IMG/VR virus record: IMGVR_UViG_3300035183_000841
Coordinates: 1-64,000 of that record
Strand: one strand, 5' to 3'
From: a virus
DNA: 64,000 nucleotides
This document shows positions 26,900-36,736 of this stretch, piece by piece. The position numbers and the translations under genes were made by a program. The notes beneath the pieces are model-generated. The model had not been told where the DNA came from and did not search any database. It saw only the letters and a list, made by a program, of their open reading frames with translations. Within the stretch, counting starts at the first letter, position 1; every line of letters begins with the position of its first letter.

Positions 26900-27461
26900 G
26901 TGCTGGCCCCATCCAAACAAAGAGGTTTACATCGTACCGAATCTCGACTTCCGGTTATCTGTTTCCGGCGCACTTAACAAGGGCTTCCGTTGGGCCTTGC
27001 GGGATGGATGCGACTACATCGTCTACGCCGCTGACGATGTGATCATCAAGGGTGACGACATCGAGCGGCTCCTCACGACGCTGATAGAGGAGGATAAGTG
27101 GGTCGTCTCCCTACAGCTCGGTGGGCTTGCGTTCTTCGCTATCAATCCGGTTGTCTTCGATGAAGTGGGATACTGGGATGAAGGGTTCTACCCGGCGTAC
27201 TTCGAAGATAACGATTGGTACTACCGCATCAAACTGAAAGACCCGAACAGGTACAAAGAGATACCCGGCCAATCGGTCCATCTAGAGAGTGTCACCTTGA
27301 AGCGGATGAGCCCGCATGAAGTGGAGAAGCATCATATCAATTTCCGCCGTAACCGAGACAGGTACATCGCCAAGTGGGGCGGAGAGCCTTACCATGAGAC
27401 GTTCACCGTTCCATGGAACGGCGCGGAACCACCTGGTTGGGCGGTAGGAGATACAGCATGA
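26805..27461 (+). CDS. GT-A fold glycosyltransferase (GT2-like)
   Basis: LNKG, ADD, VGYWDEGFYPAYFEDND, Y..KWGG; start may be ATG 26820. Confidence 0.85.
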   Translation: MSIDLMRFKVGFVCLTVGHWDLMYDHMRSLYECWPHPNKEVYIVPNLDFRLSVSGALNKGFRWALRDGCDYIVYAADDVIIKGDDIERLLTTLIEEDKWVVSLQLGGLAFFAINPVVFDEVGYWDEGFYPAYFEDNDWYYRIKLKDPNRYKEIPGQSVHLESVTLKRMSPHEVEKHHINFRRNRDRYIAKWGGEPYHETFTVPWNGAEPPGWAVGDTA

Positions 27462-27829
27462 TTAACGATCAGGAACGTGCATTCATACGCCGCATCAACA
27501 GAACTCGACTATTGCATGGCCTCCCGAGACTGAAGCACGCACCGGACCAGGTATTCATCAACGCTCAGAGGCATAGCAAGAAGATGCTCGCGGAGAACCG
27601 TTTGTACCACAGCGACCCGCTCTCGACCGCCGTTGAAGGTGTGGACGTATGGAAAGTCGCGAGGGAGAACGTAGGTGTCGGCCTGTCTGTTCGGTCATTG
27701 CACAGGGCATTCATGGCATCTGAATACCATCGCCAGAACATCCTCGCTCGTGACGTGAGCAAGGTTGCCGTCGGCATCGCCTTCGGTGACGAAGGGCAAC
27801 TTTGGGTTACGGTCATCCTGTATGGATGA
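27458..27829 (+). CDS. CAP/SCP domain protein
   Basis: IN.TR..HGL, AQ.HS..M, ENVG, FM.S..HR.NIL, VGI. Confidence 0.85.
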   Translation: MINDQERAFIRRINRTRLLHGLPRLKHAPDQVFINAQRHSKKMLAENRLYHSDPLSTAVEGVDVWKVARENVGVGLSVRSLHRAFMASEYHRQNILARDVSKVAVGIAFGDEGQLWVTVILYG

Positions 27830-27913
27830 TTAGCCGATTTCTGGCTAAATCTTGCCTTTTTCATCGAGAAACACTACGATTTCATCAGAAAATTCCTAAA
27901 AATGGAGTGATTT

Positions 27914-28231
27914 ATGTCGAAATTATGGGTTCCACCCAACCAGACCTTCATCTGCTTATGGCTCGATGAGAACGGCAGATATGTGGTCAACGAAGATGGT
28001 GAGTTCCTCTGTGCGGAGTCCAAACGGATGGGTGATCCAGAGGTCGAGAAGAACATGAGGGCCGCTGCCAGGTACTACGGCATCGAAGGCGGTCAGCCGG
28101 TGTGGCGGCGCGGTCGGAAGGTCACGCATATGGAGTATGACACCCAGATGGAGCGACTCCTGGCCGGGCAGATCCCCGATGAGCGCGAGGCCATCGAAGC
28201 CGCAAAGGAGATTATGAAGGATGATGGATGA
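27914..28231 (+). CDS. Conserved phage protein upstream of portal
   Basis: AARYYG...GRKVT..EY..Q.ERL..G.IPD. Confidence 0.7.
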   Translation: MSKLWVPPNQTFICLWLDENGRYVVNEDGEFLCAESKRMGDPEVEKNMRAAARYYGIEGGQPVWRRGRKVTHMEYDTQMERLLAGQIPDEREAIEAAKEIMKDDG

Positions 28232-29783
28232 TTTCAGTGAAGGATTCGTAGAGATCGACCTGGACATCCTAAGTACGCACTCCATCCAGAAAACTGGATT
28301 CGATGACCCATTCTTCAAAATTCATATTGATGGACTTCCTGATGAGCTTCGCAAGGATATCTCTAAGCTAGAGAAACAGGCAGCACGAGAGGCGAAATCT
28401 AAGTCTCTAGATGCCGAAGCGCTCACCGCATACGATGTCTTCCAGCTCGTGCCTCCGCCATACAACCTGGAGGCTCTCGCCAAGCTCTACGAGAAGAACG
28501 CGGCCCACAATGCGGCGGTGACCGCTAAGGCCATCAACATCTGTGGTCTCGGGTACGACATCATCAACTCTCCGGAAACCGAGCTGAAGATAGAACGTCT
28601 CCAGGGGAGCAAACAGAAACTCGAGAAGCTCACGACTGAGCTGAAGAAGGAGCGGATACGGCTTCAGCGACTCCTCGAAGAACTCAATGACGATGACGAG
28701 TTCTCGGAGATTATGGTGAAGATATGGACAGATGTAGAGTCCCTAGGCAATGGGTACCTAGAGATCGGGCGGAACCTTTCCGGCAAGATAGGGTATATCG
28801 GCCATATCCCGGCCCACACGATACGGATACGAGCGAACAGGGACGGGTTCATCCAGGTCGTTGGAAATAGGTACGTATTCTTCAGGAACTTCCGTGATTT
28901 GGAAACACCTAACCCCCTGAAGAACGACCCAAGACCGAATGAGATAATCCACTTCAAGAAGTATTCTCCTAACTCAACCTATTACGGGATCCCCGACATC
29001 ATCGCTGCCATGCCAGCGGTTATGGGCGATGCGATGGCGAAGGAATACAACATAGACTATTTCGAGAACAAGGCTGTCCCGAGGTACGCCTTCATCACCA
29101 AAGGGGTCAGGTTGTCCCAGGAGGCCGAACGTACGCTGAAGGAATATTTCAGGACAGAACTCAAGGGCAAACATCACGGAACCCTGTACATCCCACTCCC
29201 AGCTGGAATGAACCAGAACGTCGATGCCCGATTCGAGCCCATCGAGGTACGACCTCAGGAACAGTCATTCGTAACCTTCATTAAGGAATCCAGGCTCGAA
29301 GTCCTTATGGCTCACCGTGTTCCGCCGCCCAAGGTGGGCATCTACGAGGACACGAACCTCGCCGTCTCACGGGACGCCGACAGAACGTTCAAGGAGCAGG
29401 TCTGCCGACCGGAACAGCGGCGGCTGGAAAAGAAGATGAACATCTTCTTCCAAGAACTATCAGGTTCAAGAGCATTCCGACTCAAGTTCAAGGAAGCAGA
29501 CATCATCGATGAGGATGTCCGCAGTCGGTTCCATGACCGATACCTGCGCACCAGGGTCCTCAAACCGAACGAGGTCCGCAACGCGCTCGGGTTCCCGTCC
29601 GTCCCCGAAGGTGAAGACTTCCTCCCCGTGCCCGGAACGGTGTCGGCGGGCAACAACCCGGTCGGACAGGCAGAGGGTAACCGCAGGAAGACCTCCGACA
29701 GGCTCCGTCCGACCGATGGCGGGCCCCTCCAGGCCGAACGCGGGGCGGAACAAGATCGGGGCGCCCCTGAGAGGAGACGATGA
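28221..29783 (+). CDS. Portal protein (PBSX/HK97-like)
   Basis: PPYNL..L, GNGYLE, EIIHFKKY....YYGIPD, YFEN.A.P, HRVPP, PNEVR..LG. Confidence 0.92.
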   Translation: MMDDFSEGFVEIDLDILSTHSIQKTGFDDPFFKIHIDGLPDELRKDISKLEKQAAREAKSKSLDAEALTAYDVFQLVPPPYNLEALAKLYEKNAAHNAAVTAKAINICGLGYDIINSPETELKIERLQGSKQKLEKLTTELKKERIRLQRLLEELNDDDEFSEIMVKIWTDVESLGNGYLEIGRNLSGKIGYIGHIPAHTIRIRANRDGFIQVVGNRYVFFRNFRDLETPNPLKNDPRPNEIIHFKKYSPNSTYYGIPDIIAAMPAVMGDAMAKEYNIDYFENKAVPRYAFITKGVRLSQEAERTLKEYFRTELKGKHHGTLYIPLPAGMNQNVDARFEPIEVRPQEQSFVTFIKESRLEVLMAHRVPPPKVGIYEDTNLAVSRDADRTFKEQVCRPEQRRLEKKMNIFFQELSGSRAFRLKFKEADIIDEDVRSRFHDRYLRTRVLKPNEVRNALGFPSVPEGEDFLPVPGTVSAGNNPVGQAEGNRRKTSDRLRPTDGGPLQAERGAEQDRGAPERRR

Positions 29784-29911
29784 GTGGTGAATCTTGCGGA
29801 TATCACTGTCCGGTATGTAACCATTGCTGCGCTTACGTATTGAAGATTTCCGGGCCACAGATAGAGTTGGAGTGTCAACGTTGCGGATGGAGATGGGCAG
29901 TAGAGATTTGA
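29780..29911 (+). CDS. Small Zn-ribbon peptide
   Basis: CPVC ... CQRC; ATGA overlap. Confidence 0.55.
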   Translation: MSGESCGYHCPVCNHCCAYVLKISGPQIELECQRCGWRWAVEI

Positions 29912-29951
29912 CATTTGCCTTTTTACTTTAGATGTTTCATCTTCATATTGA

Positions 29952-32039
29952 ATGCCGTACCGTAACGTTGCCGAAGCGGAGAAGAAAAATCCAGGCATCC
30001 GCGGACTTTCGCCCAAGGCGAAACGCGCCTGGGTGGCAGCATTCAACTCGGCCAAAGCCGAGGGAAAAGACGACGAGGCAGCCGCGAAGATCGCCTGGTT
30101 CGCGGCGAAGAGGGTTATGACGAAGATACAGGTACAAGATGACAACCTAGCGATAGGTATCCCATTCGAAAAGATCGACATCAAGAACAGGACGGTAGAG
30201 GGTTTCGCGACCCTAGATAACATCGATTCATCTGGAGAGATAGTTGATTTCGAAGCTTCCCGACAGGCTTTCCGTAACTGGCTCGGCAATATCCGCGAGA
30301 TGCACGGCCCGAAAGCCGTTGGGAAGGCACTCCACGTCGAGGAACGCGACCGGGAAGTCGATGGGAAGAAGTACCGTGGCATGTACGTTAAAGCGTATAT
30401 CTCCAAGGGCGCCCAAGACACCTGGGAGAAGATCCTCGACGGGACACTGAAAGGGTTCTCGCTCGGCGGTCGTGTGCTCGAGAAGCGGCCGGAGATCATA
30501 AAGTCCGACAATGATATCTACGCACGCCGCCAGGTCATGCGGATCACGAAATACACCCTCGGTGAGCTATCGGTGGTGGACAATCCGGCGAACCCGCTTG
30601 CCCTGTTCGACGGGGTAGAGCGCACATCCCTCGTGAAGTTCGCCGATGGGGCCCTGGAGGCGACCGATGTCCTGGCCGATGACGCTCCCATCGAGCGGTT
30701 CATCTTCTACTGCGATACGTGTGACGTAGCCAAGGTCGTCTCGGACGTTTCCGATGCGGAATGCCCGACGTGCCCGGAAACCATGATCCACGTGGCGACC
30801 ACGTACGAGCGGCCCGATGAAGGAGATATCCGCAAGATGGTGGAAGAGTTCAAGGATAAACTGAGCAAACTACAGGAAGAGGCCGTGGATGATACCGGCA
30901 AGGTCACGAAAGCATCCGTCAACTATCGCGTCGCCGACGGCGGATATTCGTGCGCCGGATGTATGCACTACCTCCAGAACCTCGGCAAATGCGAGAAGGT
31001 TGAGTACGACATATCCGCGAACTACGTCTGCGATCTCTTCGAGAAACGCGCAGAGCCAGAAGAGATCGAGCCTATCGAGGTGTACGGCAACGTCACCCAG
31101 AAATCAGAGATGACGGAGGAGGTGTCTCCCCTCATGGACGAGGAAGCCGAAGTGATCGAGAAGCGGGAGTTCTCGGATAAGGAACGTAAACGACTCGCTC
31201 GACAGGGGCTGGCGTTGCCGGATGGGAGTTACCCGATCGTTACGGTAGAAGACCTACAGAACGCCATCCGCGCATACGGTCGAGCCAGTGACAAGGAGAG
31301 GGTCAAGCGTTGGATCATCCGAAGGGCTCGTGCTCTGGGCAGGACGGATCTCCTGCCAGACGAGTGGAAGGTGTCCATGTCGAAGTCTGAAGATCCGGAC
31401 TTGCAAATGAACTCTACAGATGATACTAATCTAGTTACTATTTTGGATGAGTTCATAAACGAGATAGTGAACAGGATAAACAAATCTGCCCCTCAGGCTG
31501 AACGGGGAGGTGATCTGGAAACGGTGGATAAGGATTCCCTATCTAGGATTCTGGACATCCTCAAGTCCGCCATCGGCAATGTTGAGGACATCCTTACGAA
31601 GGCCGGTATCACTCGTCTGAATGATGAGGATGCCGCTGAAGTGGACCACGTTGAGGATGTATCGTTGCCCGCTGCGTCTGCCGACGCGGCCCCAGGAAAG
31701 GTCGATACGGACGGCGTTGGGGCAACCCAGGAGACGTTTGCCGAAACTCCTGGAGAGACGAACGTTCTCCCGCATGCCTTCGGCAAGGCCGAGGGTTCTG
31801 ATGAGGAGACGGAGAGTCTCGTGAAGGCGGTCATCACCGAGGAGATCGGCAAACTTGCAGGGAAACTGGACACCGCTTTCGAGGCTATCGAACAGCGTTT
31901 CTCTGAGTTCGCAGAGCGCATGGAGAAGCTTGAGAACAGCGGTGCTGGTAAGAAGTCTAGCGAAGTAAATGTCTCAGAAGAACTGAAGAAGTCCCGCGAT
32001 TCGTTCTGGGGTGGAAAGTTCTTCTCGGGGGATATCTAA
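29952..32039 (+). CDS. Multidomain prohead protease/scaffold (ChaB-like N-terminus, HK97/XkdF-like protease, Cys domains, scaffold tail)
   Basis: Between portal and capsid; VEGFAT..D..G, IREMH, KGFSLGG, ELSVVDNPANP. Confidence 0.85.
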   Translation: MPYRNVAEAEKKNPGIRGLSPKAKRAWVAAFNSAKAEGKDDEAAAKIAWFAAKRVMTKIQVQDDNLAIGIPFEKIDIKNRTVEGFATLDNIDSSGEIVDFEASRQAFRNWLGNIREMHGPKAVGKALHVEERDREVDGKKYRGMYVKAYISKGAQDTWEKILDGTLKGFSLGGRVLEKRPEIIKSDNDIYARRQVMRITKYTLGELSVVDNPANPLALFDGVERTSLVKFADGALEATDVLADDAPIERFIFYCDTCDVAKVVSDVSDAECPTCPETMIHVATTYERPDEGDIRKMVEEFKDKLSKLQEEAVDDTGKVTKASVNYRVADGGYSCAGCMHYLQNLGKCEKVEYDISANYVCDLFEKRAEPEEIEPIEVYGNVTQKSEMTEEVSPLMDEEAEVIEKREFSDKERKRLARQGLALPDGSYPIVTVEDLQNAIRAYGRASDKERVKRWIIRRARALGRTDLLPDEWKVSMSKSEDPDLQMNSTDDTNLVTILDEFINEIVNRINKSAPQAERGGDLETVDKDSLSRILDILKSAIGNVEDILTKAGITRLNDEDAAEVDHVEDVSLPAASADAAPGKVDTDGVGATQETFAETPGETNVLPHAFGKAEGSDEETESLVKAVITEEIGKLAGKLDTAFEAIEQRFSEFAERMEKLENSGAGKKSSEVNVSEELKKSRDSFWGGKFFSGDI

Positions 32040-32062
32040 AAAGGAGGTGAATCAGTAAAAAA

Positions 32063-33049
32063 TTGGACACTAGCGAACTGCTTCAGAAGGTAGTCGATAC
32101 AACGCTAGTTGGCTCCGGCGGTGGCGGTATCCTCAACCCGGAACAGGCAGACCGATTCATCGACTACATGGTCGACAACGGCGTCCTGACGAAGGAAGCC
32201 CGTGTCGTTCGGATGAACGCTCCGGTGAGGGAGATTGACCGTATCGGACTAGGGACCAGGCTAGCCCGACTCGCAACGGAGAACGTCGATGATGGCGTCA
32301 ACGCTGCCCCTACGTTCTCGAAAATCGCTCTCCAGACCGTGAAGATCCGTCTCGACTGGCGACTCACATCTGAATCACTGGAGGACAACATCGAGCGAGA
32401 TGACCTTGAGGACCACGTTGCACGGATGATGGCAACCCAGCTCGGCAACGACCTGGAAGACCTGTACATCAACGGAGATGTGGCCAGCTCGAACGCACTG
32501 CTCAAGGCACTCGATGGGTGGCGGAAGCTGAGCCTCAACAGCGCCCATGTCGTCGGCAACCCGTCTCAGAGCGGCACGTACAAGCTCTCTAAGGAGACCT
32601 TCAACGCTGCTCTCAAGGCGATGCCGAACAAGTACATGCAGCGCAGGGCTGACCTACGGTGGTACACCGGGTCCGGGGTCCTTCAGGACTTCCTGAACGG
32701 GCTGACCGACCGGTCGACACCTCTCGGTGACGCCGTAATCTTCGGCACTCCCGGCGGGACCCAGGGTGGCGGCCTAACTTCGATTCGCCCCTTCGGAATC
32801 CCCCTCGTGGAGGTCCCTCTGTTCGACTCAACGCTGAGCGGCACCTACTCCGGTGCTTCGGGGAACCACAGTTACGTAGAGCTGACCTTCCCGCAGAACC
32901 GTATCGTGGGCATCCAGCGCGAGATCAAGGTCTACCGCGAGTTCATGCGGCGCACCGATGCCGTCGAGTTCACCGTCTACACCCGTGTAGCGGTGGCGAC
33001 GGAAAATCTCGACGCCCTCGTGTACGTCAAGGATGTCAAGCTCCAGTAA
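32063..33049 (+). CDS. Major capsid protein (HK97 fold)
   Basis: GGILNPEQA.RFIDY, E.LEDNIE, DLE.L.INGD; strong SD; terminator after. Confidence 0.92.
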   Translation: MDTSELLQKVVDTTLVGSGGGGILNPEQADRFIDYMVDNGVLTKEARVVRMNAPVREIDRIGLGTRLARLATENVDDGVNAAPTFSKIALQTVKIRLDWRLTSESLEDNIERDDLEDHVARMMATQLGNDLEDLYINGDVASSNALLKALDGWRKLSLNSAHVVGNPSQSGTYKLSKETFNAALKAMPNKYMQRRADLRWYTGSGVLQDFLNGLTDRSTPLGDAVIFGTPGGTQGGGLTSIRPFGIPLVEVPLFDSTLSGTYSGASGNHSYVELTFPQNRIVGIQREIKVYREFMRRTDAVEFTVYTRVAVATENLDALVYVKDVKLQ

Positions 33050-33092
33050 CCGAACCGGGATAGCCTAGAGGCTAGATAAAAACAGCAAAGGT

Positions 33093-33129
33093 AAGTACGG
33101 CGGCAAGTCAGATCTTGTCGCCGTACTTT
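33093..33129 (+). terminator. Rho-independent terminator
   Basis: AAGTACGGCGGCAAG-loop-CTTGTCGCCGTACTTT. Confidence 0.75.
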
Positions 33130-33248
33130 CATCTAGCTGGCGCGACCATGCTATACTGACCATGCAAGAGGGAACCCTCTCGCTCCTGCGTTGCGGGGGC
33201 GACTGGCCGGAGAAGGGGTTCCCTCTTGCTCATTTCTGGAGGTACACC

Positions 33249-33725
33249 ATGCGAGAAGACCTGGAGAAGCGGCTGCTCGGGATTAAGCCACGGTTCTTCG
33301 CTGGCATCGACTACCCGAAGTCATCCCTCATGGTGTTCGGGTTCGAATGCGGGGACGGGTGGTTCCATCTTATAGAGGAACTGCTCCTTGCCGCGAAACA
33401 ACGAGTCGAAGCCGGCGGATGGGGGTCATTCAGGGTCGTCCAGGTTAAAGAGAAGTTCGGTGGGCTGAGGTTCTACTACGAGGGCGGCGATGAGCATTTC
33501 GCCGGTATGGTGGAGATGGCGGAAAGGTTGAGCTTCCGTATATGTGAGGCATGCGGAGCGTGGGCTACTGAGACGAGGATAGCTCGTGACCCCGAAACAG
33601 GAGAACCTAGAGGTTATTGGGTCGCAACGCTGTGTGCCGAACACCACCGAATGAGGGATTCCGGGCTCAAGAGAGGAGAGGTGCCCAGCTCGGCCGCTCC
33701 AGCGTTCGAACAGGGGAACGATTAA
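33249..33725 (+). CDS. Conserved phage protein
   Basis: CGDGW, QVKEKFGGLRFY, CEACG, TLC..H; SD GGAGG. Confidence 0.75.
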   Translation: MREDLEKRLLGIKPRFFAGIDYPKSSLMVFGFECGDGWFHLIEELLLAAKQRVEAGGWGSFRVVQVKEKFGGLRFYYEGGDEHFAGMVEMAERLSFRICEACGAWATETRIARDPETGEPRGYWVATLCAEHHRMRDSGLKRGEVPSSAAPAFEQGND

Positions 33726-33974
33726 GTCGTAGGCTCCTTGATATACTGGCCGCGCCTTCCGAATGGAAGAGCCCCTCTCCCTGGGGGCGGGATGGTATCG
33801 TGGCCCGTCATCCCGCCCCCTCCTCCTCAGAGGGTTGCAATAAGTATGTAAGTGGTGCTAAAATGAATATGCAATGGGGCGTCTTTATGGGGCCTTTGGT
33901 GCGGTTGTCGTCCCCGAACGCCTCTGCCGTGTCGGAGGCCCCATATGGACGCCCCAAGTTAAGACAGGAGGGCT

Positions 33975-34286
33975 ATGGAAATCTTCGAAGTGCCGGAAGG
34001 CAGTTGGTATGATGAATCTAGTTTCACCGTCTCCAGCGATGGGGCGGTGTTCGTGTGGGGCAATAACCGTGTCCTTGGTTACGCCCCCCTCATCTCTGCC
34101 ATAGATTCAGAGGAATACATCGAATCACTGGAGCAGTCGAAAATCCAGTACCGTTCCGATCTCAAGCCGATGATGTGGATCGACCTTACTGGCAAGACTT
34201 GCTCGATATGCGACGCACCTGCGGCGAGTTTCATCCGGTTCGATGACGGAGATTACGAGTACTTCTGCGAACGTTGCTCGTGCTAA
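33975..34286 (+). CDS. Hypothetical protein with C-terminal Zn finger
   Basis: CSIC...CERC; SD AGGAGG. Confidence 0.6.
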   Translation: MEIFEVPEGSWYDESSFTVSSDGAVFVWGNNRVLGYAPLISAIDSEEYIESLEQSKIQYRSDLKPMMWIDLTGKTCSICDAPAASFIRFDDGDYEYFCERCSC

Positions 34287-34299
34287 GGAGGGAGTGGGC

Positions 34300-34695
34300 A
34301 TGGCGAAAGACGCTGTAACCAGCGAAGATGTTCGTCCCCGGAGGGGCGATGCTGAGAAAGTCCTTGGAGGCCCCCCACCAGAAGAGGATGCCGATGTGGC
34401 TGGGACCAACGTCGGCGCTGACACCGTAGAGGCCATCCAGGAGATGGCGAAGAAGGAAGAACAAAAGCTCCGTCAAGAGCAGACCAGGAAAGTTCTCGAA
34501 GAAGCTGCGCTACCTGGTCGCGTCTTGCTGAAGATGGAGCGCAAGAACTCTTCCTGGACCACCCGTTCCGGCGTGATCTTCACCCAGGAACACCCCTTCC
34601 AGCTCGTCCCCGAAGAAGAGGTCGAGGAGTTGGTGCGCGAAGGTGGTTTCCGCAGGGCAGATCCCCAAGAGGTCGTCTACTTCTACGCGTCATAA
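34300..34695 (+). CDS. Putative head-associated protein
   Basis: G..FT.EHPF.LV, FR.A.P.EV..FY; follows the capsid gene region. Confidence 0.6.
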   Translation: MAKDAVTSEDVRPRRGDAEKVLGGPPPEEDADVAGTNVGADTVEAIQEMAKKEEQKLRQEQTRKVLEEAALPGRVLLKMERKNSSWTTRSGVIFTQEHPFQLVPEEEVEELVREGGFRRADPQEVVYFYAS

Positions 34696-35827
34696 GCACA
34701 GAAAGTCCATAGCCTTGAACATCGAGCAGAACATCAACGGGCATATAGTTCATACCGTTACGAGCTATGATGAATACCTCCTGGAGGGAATCGTCCAGAA
34801 GTACGGTTTGAATCATCGGGTCCTCAGGGCGAAACATTCCGACTTCGGGATAGAGGAGATAGCCGCTCTTCTGCCTGGCTATTCGAAGGTCCTCAGCGTG
34901 AAGACCGATACCGAACACGCTATCTTCCTCCACAAGAACAACGAAGAGTTAGTGAACGTCTACATCACGCCATCTCGGATGGTGAACCTCGTCGTCTGCG
35001 CCGTAGATAGTCGCGCAGAAGACATCATGAACCGTCTCTTGGGGCACCTACCGAGCCCGGTGGTCGGCGATGATAGCGTCCTCGTGAGGTTCTGGCATCT
35101 AGGGAGGTACGCGGAATCCTACGACAGACGGATCGAGGTCCCGTCATTCGACTCGATAGTGCATAATTATGCGAAGTCTACGACTAGGCCAGCGCTGGAA
35201 GCACTTTTCAAGCGCTTCCTCCCAGATGCGGCGCAAGGGGGCAAACTCATCTTGTGGCACGGCGATCCTGGCACAGGGAAGACATATGCCCTGAGAGCGC
35301 TCGCCAGGGAATGGCGGGATTGGTGTAGGTTTCACTATATCCTTGACCCGGAGAACTTCTTCGGGTCAAACGCCTCCTACATGCTCGAAGTCCTCTTGCA
35401 GGAACATTTCGAAGACGACCTGTGGAAACTCGTGGTTTGCGAAGATACCGGCGAGCTCCTTTCCAGGACCGCTAAGGCCGAAACTGGTCAAGGGTTGTCG
35501 AGGCTCCTGAACCTCTGTGATGGGCTCATCGGGCAGGGCTTGAAGATCCTCATCCTGATTACTACCAATGAAGATCTGGGGCGCCTCCATCCAGCGGTGA
35601 CGAGGCCGGGCAGATGCGTGGCCGATATCACGTTCCAGCCGTTCCAAGACAGTGAGGCTGCGGAGTGGTTGGAGGCGCATGGCGTTCCTCATGACGGCCA
35701 TCGCCCCAGACTTCTTGCTGAACTTTATGATATTATAAACAAGCAACAAATCAGAGATGACACCCCGGTGAAGCCTGTAGGGTTCGCACCGATAGACCTC
35801 ACCGAGATGGTTATGGAGAAACGATGA
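34643..35827 (+). CDS. AAA+ ATPase (start uncertain)
   Basis: GDPGTGKT, VVCED, LLNLCDG, TTN, L.PAV.RPGR. Confidence 0.88.
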   Translation: MVSAGQIPKRSSTSTRHKHRKSIALNIEQNINGHIVHTVTSYDEYLLEGIVQKYGLNHRVLRAKHSDFGIEEIAALLPGYSKVLSVKTDTEHAIFLHKNNEELVNVYITPSRMVNLVVCAVDSRAEDIMNRLLGHLPSPVVGDDSVLVRFWHLGRYAESYDRRIEVPSFDSIVHNYAKSTTRPALEALFKRFLPDAAQGGKLILWHGDPGTGKTYALRALAREWRDWCRFHYILDPENFFGSNASYMLEVLLQEHFEDDLWKLVVCEDTGELLSRTAKAETGQGLSRLLNLCDGLIGQGLKILILITTNEDLGRLHPAVTRPGRCVADITFQPFQDSEAAEWLEAHGVPHDGHRPRLLAELYDIINKQQIRDDTPVKPVGFAPIDLTEMVMEKR

Positions 35828-35934
35828 ATATCGGAGAATTCGAAAGGGAGATCTGGGTGCCTGAACCAGAAGATGTTCCAATGCTTATCCCAGACAAGGA
35901 AGACGAACGAGAGAAAGAACCAGTTCCTGTATGA
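35824..35934 (+). CDS. 36-aa acidic Pro-rich peptide (MNIGEFEREIWVP...EPVPV)
   Basis: ATGA overlap with AAA gene; resembles the 8959 peptide. Confidence 0.6.
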   Translation: MNIGEFEREIWVPEPEDVPMLIPDKEDEREKEPVPV

Positions 35935-36736
35935 GGAGAAAGAAGAATCAAGACCCTCGAGAGTTAGAGAAGAGGGTCAGTGACCTCATCGAAAGAGTGA
36001 AGGCGATAAGAGAATCAGTGAAGGAGTTGATTGAACTTGTCAGCGGTAGATGAGATAAAGCCCTGTGACAGATGCGGCGGTAAAGATTTCCCAGTATATC
36101 CTTGTCTCTGCGGCAAAGAGTTTTGCGCTTGGTGTGATTTCAGGCATTCCGATTGGTGTTTGATCCTGCATGACCGCTAGCTATGTTGGATATAGCACTT
36201 ATCGTACTCTTACTGCTGGTTGTGCTATGGCTCGGGTGCCTAGGCTGTGATGGACAGTGAAGATCTACCTAAGTGGTGATACTAGAGATTCGATATTGAG
36301 ATGCGAATGGTGTGGTCGCGAACTTGACCATATCCCCCCGATGGAAGCTCCTGAAACCATCTGTGGTCCATGTATGGCGAGACTAAGATTTACCCGTAAC
36401 ATAGGTGAGCCTAGGGATGAGAGGAATCGGTAATCTGGTGATTACTTACATACTTACCGTCATCATATTCACGACGCTCGCATGGGTCTTCTTCAACCTT
36501 CTGGAGCGATTCGCTCGATGGTGGGATGCCAGGAAGGATGACATCCCTAGGACCGATGATTAGTCCCGTTTCACCAAACTACAAACCAAACTACAACTGG
36601 TACATGATAGCCAGTGTTAGTCTTATGATAAGACTATGTTGTGACTCGTTGCATCAAGAGCGGGCCATGAGCATCTCGCACAAATCGATGTTGAGTTGTG
36701 GGCCAACATGGCATAAAATGGTAAGGATATTTAAAT

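Noticed and set aside
29342-30511. 389-aa minus-strand ORF
   Set aside because: Antisense to portal and protease
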